In this document: positions 26,699-32,000 of the stretch, in pieces
How the letters are laid out: each line of letters opens with the position of its first letter
Position numbering within the stretch: the first letter of the stretch is position 1
From: Propionibacteriaceae bacterium
GTDB taxonomy: Bacteria > Actinomycetota > Actinomycetes > Propionibacteriales > Propionibacteriaceae
DNA length: 32,000 nt
Assembly (NCBI GenBank): GCA_031256725.1
Contig: JAIRQE010000018.1
Coordinates: forward strand, 30,001 to 62,000
Reading direction: 5' to 3'
Position numbers and translations under genes: made by a program
The notes under the pieces: generated by a model
Seen by the model: the letters and a program-made list of their open reading frames with translations, nothing else
The model's database searches: none
Told to the model about the DNA's origin: nothing

Positions 26699-27778
26699 TC
26701 AGCCTCGGCGATTGGCAAAGTCAGCCATGAAGGAAATGAGGGCATCCACGCCGTCTTGAGTCATGGCGTTATAGATGGATGCGCGCATCCCACCCACGGA
26801 GCGGTGTCCAGCGAGGTTTGTGAGCCCCTGGGCTTCGGCCTCCTTGAGGAAGTCAGCATCCAAACTGGGGTCAGCCAGGGTGAAAGGAATATTCATCCAA
26901 CTGCGAGCATTCAGGGCGACCGGATTGGCGTAGAACTCAGAGTTATCGATGGTGGTGTACAAGGAGTCAGCCTTGGCCTTGTTGCGCTTACCCATAGCAG
27001 CCAGTCCACCAGTACGCTCAACCCAATCGAGTACCAGTCCAAGCAGATAGAGAGAGAAAGTCGGGGGAGTGTTCAGCATCGAATCGGAGGCTGCCATAGC
27101 GGCATAATCCCAGATATCGGGGGTTGTTGAGCGTGCCTTGCCAGTGAGATCCTCGCGTACGATCACAACAGCCAAACCACTTGGCCCGAGGTTTTTCTGG
27201 GCTCCTGCATAGATTAAACCGTACTTGGAGATGTCGACGGGACGGGAGAGAATCGTTGAAGAGTAATCAGAGACAAGTGGCACATCCGTTTCGGGTACAT
27301 AGTCGAATTCCACCCCACCAATGGTTTCGTTGGCCGTGTAATGAAGGTACGCAGCCGAAACAGGAACAGTATAGGAACCAGCTGCTGGCACTGTTGAGTA
27401 ATTGGAATCCTTCTCATCAGCAAGAACCTCGACTGCAAGGTCTTGTGTCTTGGCAGACTTGATCGCTTTCGCAGACCACTGCCCAGTGTTGAGGTAAGCC
27501 ACCGTATCCCCAGGGCCGGTCAGGTTCATCGGGATCGCCGCAAACTGCCCAGAAGCTCCACCTTGGAGGAAGAGTACCTTGTAGTTGTCGGGAATGGACA
27601 TCAGTGAACGCAGGGTTGCTTCCGCATGGGCTGCACAGGCAACAAAGGCCTTGCCGCGATGGGAGACCTCCATGACGGACATGCCTGAACCCTGCCAGTC
27701 AGTGAGTTCGGCTTGGGCGATTTCTAGTACCTCGGTCGGCAGCATAGCCGGACCTGCTGAAAAGTTATGGACACGCAT
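26699..27778 (-). CDS. serC: phosphoserine aminotransferase
   Basis: 359-aa ORF with NFSAGPAMLP, the PLP-lysine motif YAGAQKNLGPSG, and HRSVGGMRASIYNA. Confidence 0.93.
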   Translation of the reverse strand: MRVHNFSAGPAMLPTEVLEIAQAELTDWQGSGMSVMEVSHRGKAFVACAAHAEATLRSLMSIPDNYKVLFLQGGASGQFAAIPMNLTGPGDTVAYLNTGQWSAKAIKSAKTQDLAVEVLADEKDSNYSTVPAAGSYTVPVSAAYLHYTANETIGGVEFDYVPETDVPLVSDYSSTILSRPVDISKYGLIYAGAQKNLGPSGLAVVIVREDLTGKARSTTPDIWDYAAMAASDSMLNTPPTFSLYLLGLVLDWVERTGGLAAMGKRNKAKADSLYTTIDNSEFYANPVALNARSWMNIPFTLADPSLDADFLKEAEAQGLTNLAGHRSVGGMRASIYNAMTQDGVDALISFMADFANRRG

Positions 27779-27784
27779 CCGGCA

Positions 27785-27793
27785 ACTTTATCA
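27785..27793 (-). promoter_or_regulatory. extended -10 (TGATAAAGT) 6 nt upstream of the serC ATG, giving a possible leaderless transcript
   Basis: The reverse complement of 27785-27793 reads TGATAAAGT. There is no SD between it and ATG 27778. Confidence 0.25.
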
Positions 27794-27902
27794 CTGGTCA
27801 CTTTTCGTACCCCAGAAACCCCATTTTCCGGACATTGGAGGTTGAGATGTTGTTAGGTTTTCCGTGGCTTGAATCTTTTGGATGAGGAAAAATCCAATAC
27901 AT

Positions 27903-27931
27903 GTGACGAATCGTCGCAAATCCCCTACACT
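27903..27931 (+). promoter_or_regulatory. candidate promoter GTGACG-17 nt-TACACT for the tRNA Glu-Asp-Phe cluster
   Basis: Hexamers read directly from the sequence. The -10 ends 16 nt before the tRNA-Glu 5' end. Confidence 0.3.
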
Positions 27932-27947
27932 AGTATCCGCTGTTATA

Positions 27948-28020
27948 GGTCCCCATCGTCTAGTGGTCTAGGACGCCGCCCTTTCACGGCGGTAACACGG
28001 GTTCGAACCCCGTTGGGGAT
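27948..28020 (+). tRNA. tRNA-Glu (TTC)
   Basis: 73-nt cloverleaf very similar to E. coli tRNA-Glu (GTCCCC...CGCCCTTTCACGGCG...GGTTCGAACCCCGT). It has a G1-U72 wobble. Confidence 0.9.
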
Positions 28021-28111
28021 GCTAGGCGTCACAAACGTGATGTCGAAGCCAGTCGGATTGCCTCGAAGACTTCCGTTAGGATATAGTACTTGAGGCCGGT
28101 CCACCGGTACT

Positions 28112-28185
28112 GGCCCCGTGGCGCAGTTGGTTAGCGCGCTTGCCTGTCACGCAAGAGGTCGTGGGTTCAAGTCCCATCGGGGTCG
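28112..28185 (+). tRNA. tRNA-Asp (GTC)
   Basis: 74-nt cloverleaf: acceptor GGCCCCG/CGGGGTC, anticodon loop CT-GTC-AC, GGTTCAAGTCC T-arm. Confidence 0.9.
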
Positions 28186-28210
28186 CAAAGAGTCAGCACA
28201 TGGCTCAATT

Positions 28211-28284
28211 GGCCAGGTAGCTCAGTCGGTAGTAGCGCATCCCTGAAAAGGATGAGGTCGTCGGTTCGATCCCGACCTTGGCCA
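28211..28284 (+). tRNA. tRNA-Phe (GAA)
   Basis: 74-nt cloverleaf: acceptor GGCCAGG/CTTGGCC, anticodon loop CT-GAA-AA, GGTTCGATCC T-arm. The D-arm has one extra nucleotide (GCTCAGTCGGTAGTAGC). Confidence 0.85.
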
Positions 28285-28373
28285 CAGACTGACTTCCACA
28301 ATAAAACTCCTAGTGAACACTTATTTATATAGTTATCATTTCTAGGGGATCGTGACTTGCCTAAGATGGCACT

Positions 28374-28727
28374 ATGGCTGTTGAGATCTCAGATGCTGAC
28401 TTTGATGAGGTGGTATCGCAAGCGCTTGATCAGATTCCTGCCCACTTCATGGATGTACTCGATAATGTTGTTGTCCTTGTTGAGGATGAGCCTGATGGAC
28501 CTGAGAAGGACCTGCTTGGGTTGTACGAAGGGGTTCCTCTATCAGAAAGAGACTCACAGTACGGGGCTGTTCTTCCTGATCACATCTTTATCTATCGAGG
28601 CCCGCTGAAAAGAATGTGCTCGTCAACCGAAGAGCTCGTCGATGAGATCGGTATTACTGTCGTCCATGAGATCGCCCACTTCTTTGGGATAGAGGACGAC
28701 CATCTCCATGAGACGGGGTGGGGATAA
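28374..28727 (+). CDS. zincin-like metallopeptidase family protein (DUF1025 / Zincin_1 type)
   Basis: 117-aa ORF with an acidic N-terminal half and the HEIAHFFG (HExxH) motif near the C-terminus. The size and layout are typical of this family. Confidence 0.8.
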   Translation: MAVEISDADFDEVVSQALDQIPAHFMDVLDNVVVLVEDEPDGPEKDLLGLYEGVPLSERDSQYGAVLPDHIFIYRGPLKRMCSSTEELVDEIGITVVHEIAHFFGIEDDHLHETGWG

Positions 28728-28741
28728 GGCCCCGGAATCGG

Positions 28742-29446
28742 TTAAAGAATCCAGGTTTGGGTGGAATCTGAGACCCACAGTGAGCAGGAGCCGAAGACTT
28801 CAGGGGGAAGGAAACCTGCAACCAGATCGGTGTGGGAGACTACTTCGACTCCTAGTTTCTGGGCGAACCCTTCTGGATCATCACTGATAACGATCAAGGA
28901 TTTTAGGCGGTTGGAAACACAGTTAACACCCAGTGTGGTCACAACCTCGTCAGTGATCCTTCCCGCAACCACAACTATGGGCTTGGCCTCATCCTGGGCC
29001 TTCTCGATCATGGGTACCACATCAGCCATCTGTGTGACGGCTTCAGTAACAATCACGAGAGGCTGAGATAGTACAGCCCTTCCAGATTCAGGGTCGGTCA
29101 CGAAGTCGGGAGAGGCGTACCCGTTCATCAGGGGGCTGACTTCGGCAATCCGAGATGAAATCGACGCTGAGGATTTTAGGGATCCATCATCAGCATGGTG
29201 TACTGGTTGTCGTGCTTGTTCAGCCATCAGGTAGGTTACTTTGCCATGATCCTTCAAGAGGGGTTGGTCTGGAGCAGCCTCAAGGATCTGGGTTCGCCGC
29301 TTGAAAACATGGCGATCCATGCTGAAAGCGAGGAAGACCACTATGAGAGCAGCGACTCCACCACCTATGACAATCCACCAATCCATAGATACATCATCCC
29401 ACCTTGTTGACGCTCCAGATCCATAGGAATTGCCGAGGATCCTCAT
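28742..29446 (-). CDS. membrane-anchored protein with a GroEL (Cpn60) apical-domain-like C-terminal region
   Basis: 234-aa ORF (alternative start ATG 29386, which has an AAGGTGG SD). One TM helix (WWIVIGGGVAALIVVFLAF) followed by KRR. Residues ~109-234 align to the GroEL apical domain (GYASPDFVTDPE..AVL..P......P.IEK....KP.......E..TL.VN). No equatorial ATPase domain. Confidence 0.7.
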   Translation of the reverse strand: MRILGNSYGSGASTRWDDVSMDWWIVIGGGVAALIVVFLAFSMDRHVFKRRTQILEAAPDQPLLKDHGKVTYLMAEQARQPVHHADDGSLKSSASISSRIAEVSPLMNGYASPDFVTDPESGRAVLSQPLVIVTEAVTQMADVVPMIEKAQDEAKPIVVVAGRITDEVVTTLGVNCVSNRLKSLIVISDDPEGFAQKLGVEVVSHTDLVAGFLPPEVFGSCSLWVSDSTQTWIL

Positions 29447-29638
29447 AATGTTGGGGAAAACCCTTTATATGCCCTAAACTATTCGGTGGCTTATCAACGT
29501 GATGAGCTGACTCATCATCCAGATGAGGTCCTTAGAGTAAAGGTGGGCAGTTGCTCATGAGCCAGCGATGAGTTGTACACAATGAGCACTCTAACCATGT
29601 GACCTGCCCGGACGCGTCTGGGCACAATAAGGAGATTT

Positions 29639-32000
29639 GTGGCCAAGCCCCGCGTCCACGAGCTTGCGAAAGAGCTCGGACTCGATAGTAAGACCGTTCT
29701 TGCTGCCCTCACAGAGATGGGGGAGTATGTGCGTTCTGCGTCCTCGACGATAGAACCCCCTGTTGCGCGGCGTTTACGTGAACGTTATGCCAAGACACCA
29801 GACCCGGAACCTGTGACGCCCCCTGTTGCAGAAGTCAAAGCCCCACCGCCTCCTCCCGAGCCCACGCCGGTTGAGGAGCCTGCCCCGAAGGCAAAGAGGT
29901 CCTCTGCAAAGAAGGCTGTACCACCGGTTGATTCAATACCAGTTGAGGTGGAGGTACCAGCCCCAGAGCCCACAATCGTTGAGCCTCCAGTGGTGGAGAC
30001 TCCCGCTCCAGAGCCTCAATCTGATGAGGATAGGCCAGCGATCCCTAAGCCTTCCCAGATGATTCCGCGCCCGATTCCGCGCCCTCAGCCTGGTCCAGGA
30101 GCACGTCGTCCTGGTACCCCACGCCCTGGCAACAATCCCTACGCCTCTTCTCAAGGTATGGGAGTACGCCGTCCCCAGCGTGAAGAGGGTGGTCGTCCCG
30201 CGGGTACTGGTCCGCGTGCTCCACGCCCAGGTGCTGGTGGTGCAGGTGCACCAAGAACAGGTACCCCAGGTGGAGGTCCGCGCCAGTCAACTCCAGGAAT
30301 GGGTACAAACGCCCCAGGCCAAACAGGGCGCCCACCTCGTGGTCGTGGTTCGGCCCCGAGCTTCGGTGGTCCATCTCAAGGTCCAGGCGCACCCCAGGGT
30401 CGCGGTGGACGTGGTGGTCGCGCCGGATCGGGTACCCAAGGTGCTTTCGGACGCCAAGGTGGCCCGACCCGCAAATCAAAGAAGTCGAAGAAGCTACGTC
30501 GTCAAGAGTTCGACGAGATGGAAGCACCAACCATCTCGGGTGTACGCATTCGTCAAGGTGAGGGTCAAACCATCCGTCTGCCTCGTGGCTCTTCGTTGAC
30601 AGATCTGGCTGAGAAGATCTCGGTGGATCCCGCTCAACTTGTCCAGGTACTCTTCAATATGGGTGAGATGTTGACCGCAACCCAGTCGGTCTCCGATGAC
30701 ACACTGGAGATCCTCGGTTCGGAACTCAACTATGACATCCAGGTCGTCTCCCCTGAGGATGAGGACCGCGAATTGCTCATGGCCTTCGACCTCGACTTCG
30801 GTGAGAACCTCGCTGAGGATGAGGATCTGGTCGTACGTCCCCCCATCGTCACTGTCATGGGCCACGTTGACCACGGTAAAACGAAGCTCCTTGATGCCTT
30901 CCGACGTACCAATGTGGTCGCGGGTGAGGCCGGTGGAATCACCCAGGCTATCGGCGCCTATCAGGTACACACCAAGGTTTCTGATGAGGAACGAGTCGTC
31001 ACCTTCATTGATACCCCTGGTCACGAAGCTTTTACCGCTATGCGTGTCCGTGGTGCGCAGGTCACTGATATTGCGGTGCTCGTTGTGGCTGCTGATGATG
31101 GTGTGATGCCTCAGACCGTTGAGGCTCTCAACCACGCCAAGGCGGCTGATGTACCCATCGTTGTTGCAGTGAACAAGATTGATAAGGAAGGCGCAGATCC
31201 GACGAAGGTCCGCGGTCAGTTGAGCGAATATGGTCTCGTACCTGACACCTATGGCGGCGATACCATGTTCGTGGATGTGTCCGCTGTGACACGAGAGGGG
31301 CTTGAGGATCTTCTCACTGCCATCGTGCTTACTGCTGATGCTGAATTGGATCTTCGTGTCGACTCGGATATGCCTGCTCAAGGTGTGGCGATTGAAGCCC
31401 ATCTTGACCGTGGACGTGGTCCAGTTGCGACCGCAATTGTTCAACGAGGCACCCTCCAGATCGGTGACTCGATCGTGGCAGGAAACTCTTATGGTCGCGT
31501 ACGCGCCCTCGTCAACGATCATGGGGAGATGGTGGATCAAGCACCACCATCAACACCAGTACAGGTCCTCGGTTTGACTGCCGTCCCTGGCGCTGGTGAC
31601 AACTTCCTGATTGTGGACGACGAACGTACTGCTCGCCAGATTGCCGAAAAGAGAGAGGCCCGAATGAGGGCTGCTGCTCTGGCTAAGGGAACCAAGCGCC
31701 GTACCCTTGAAGATCTGTTCAAAGAGATGGAGAAGGGCGAAGAACTCAACCTCATCCTCAAGGGCGATTCTGCTGGTTCTGTGGAAGCCCTCGAAGATGC
31801 GCTCGTTTCCATTGATGTGGGTGAAGAGGTCAATCTCAGGATCATCGACCGCGGTGTGGGTGCGATCACCGAGACCAACGTCACCTTGGCTGCTGCCTCG
31901 AATGCCATCATCATTGGCTTCCATGTACGCGCTCAGGGTCATGCCACACAGTTGGCCAACCAAGAGGGTGTCGATATCCGGTACTACTCGATCATCTACC
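29639..32000 (+). CDS. infB: translation initiation factor IF-2 (3' end beyond the window)
   Basis: GTG 29639 has an AAGGAG SD at 29629-29634. N-terminus [31 protein letters not shown], a Pro/Gly/Arg-rich linker, then the G-domain [29 protein letters not shown]. It is open to the window end, which is presumably why the ORF track does not list it. Confidence 0.95.
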   Translation, partial: MAKPRVHELAKELGLDSKTVLAALTEMGEYVRSASSTIEPPVARRLRERYAKTPDPEPVTPPVAEVKAPPPPPEPTPVEEPAPKAKRSSAKKAVPPVDSIPVEVEVPAPEPTIVEPPVVETPAPEPQSDEDRPAIPKPSQMIPRPIPRPQPGPGARRPGTPRPGNNPYASSQGMGVRRPQREEGGRPAGTGPRAPRPGAGGAGAPRTGTPGGGPRQSTPGMGTNAPGQTGRPPRGRGSAPSFGGPSQGPGAPQGRGGRGGRAGSGTQGAFGRQGGPTRKSKKSKKLRRQEFDEMEAPTISGVRIRQGEGQTIRLPRGSSLTDLAEKISVDPAQLVQVLFNMGEMLTATQSVSDDTLEILGSELNYDIQVVSPEDEDRELLMAFDLDFGENLAEDEDLVVRPPIVTVMGHVDHGKTKLLDAFRRTNVVAGEAGGITQAIGAYQVHTKVSDEERVVTFIDTPGHEAFTAMRVRGAQVTDIAVLVVAADDGVMPQTVEALNHAKAADVPIVVAVNKIDKEGADPTKVRGQLSEYGLVPDTYGGDTMFVDVSAVTREGLEDLLTAIVLTADAELDLRVDSDMPAQGVAIEAHLDRGRGPVATAIVQRGTLQIGDSIVAGNSYGRVRALVNDHGEMVDQAPPSTPVQVLGLTAVPGAGDNFLIVDDERTARQIAEKREARMRAAALAKGTKRRTLEDLFKEMEKGEELNLILKGDSAGSVEALEDALVSIDVGEEVNLRIIDRGVGAITETNVTLAAASNAIIIGFHVRAQGHATQLANQEGVDIRYYSIIY

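Noticed and set aside
28285-28373. AT-rich stretch immediately 3' of tRNA-Phe as a possible integration (att) site
   Set aside because: No duplicated copy of the tRNA-Phe 3' end and no integrase were found downstream. The following genes (zincin-like peptidase, infB) have core-like composition.
30494-31540. 348-aa minus-strand ORF, plus neighbours 30045..30530 and 31537..31963
   Set aside because: These are antisense to the unmistakable infB reading frame (G-domain motifs on the + strand). The translations are low-complexity and His/Arg-rich with no recognisable domain. They are typical shadow ORFs of GC-biased coding DNA.
1-32000. Search for CRISPR arrays, transposases/integrases, prophage genes, toxin-antitoxin pairs and rRNA
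   Set aside because: No regularly spaced direct repeats, no DDE/tyrosine/serine recombinase-like ORFs and no rRNA-like sequence were seen on either strand. The only accessory-looking DNA is the 22.0-24.0 kb low-GC islet.

Overview
All calls come from reading the sequence and ORF translations by eye; no database or structure search was run. This is about 32 kb of a mid-GC actinobacterial chromosome. The synteny blocks are typical of Actinomycetota: dxs/rnd/DUF3000, tRNA-Tyr/Thr/Met-rpmG, manA/DUF3263/LCP, purF-purM-DUF3073, and tRNA-Glu/Asp/Phe. No transposase, integrase, CRISPR array or rRNA was seen. Most genes are core housekeeping: acn, dxs, RNase D-like, PPK2, CbiX, rpmG, manA, an LCP wall-teichoic ligase, galE, an M20 dipeptidase, purF, purM, serA, serC, a DsbA-like protein, an HNH protein, and the infB 5' part running off the window. 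Five things stand out. (1) A membrane-anchored protein whose C-terminal ~125 aa is a clear homologue of the GroEL apical domain alone, with no ATPase domain (28742-29446). (2) A ~2 kb low-GC islet (about 22.04-24.03 kb). It encodes a cell-wall-binding-repeat matrixin-like metalloprotease, a membrane-anchored partner of unknown function, and a decayed second copy of the protease catalytic domain. (3) In that protease gene, a perfect 16-bp tandem duplication cuts the signal peptide off from the mature protein. (4) The AT-rich region upstream of the M20-purF-purM cluster carries twin 13-bp palindromic boxes and a second inverted repeat over a good promoter. Three perfect hairpins follow, two of them with CCCC-centred loops (6C-sRNA-like). 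(5) infB stands alone, without nusA/ylxR upstream, behind a leader unusually rich in ATGAG pentamers.
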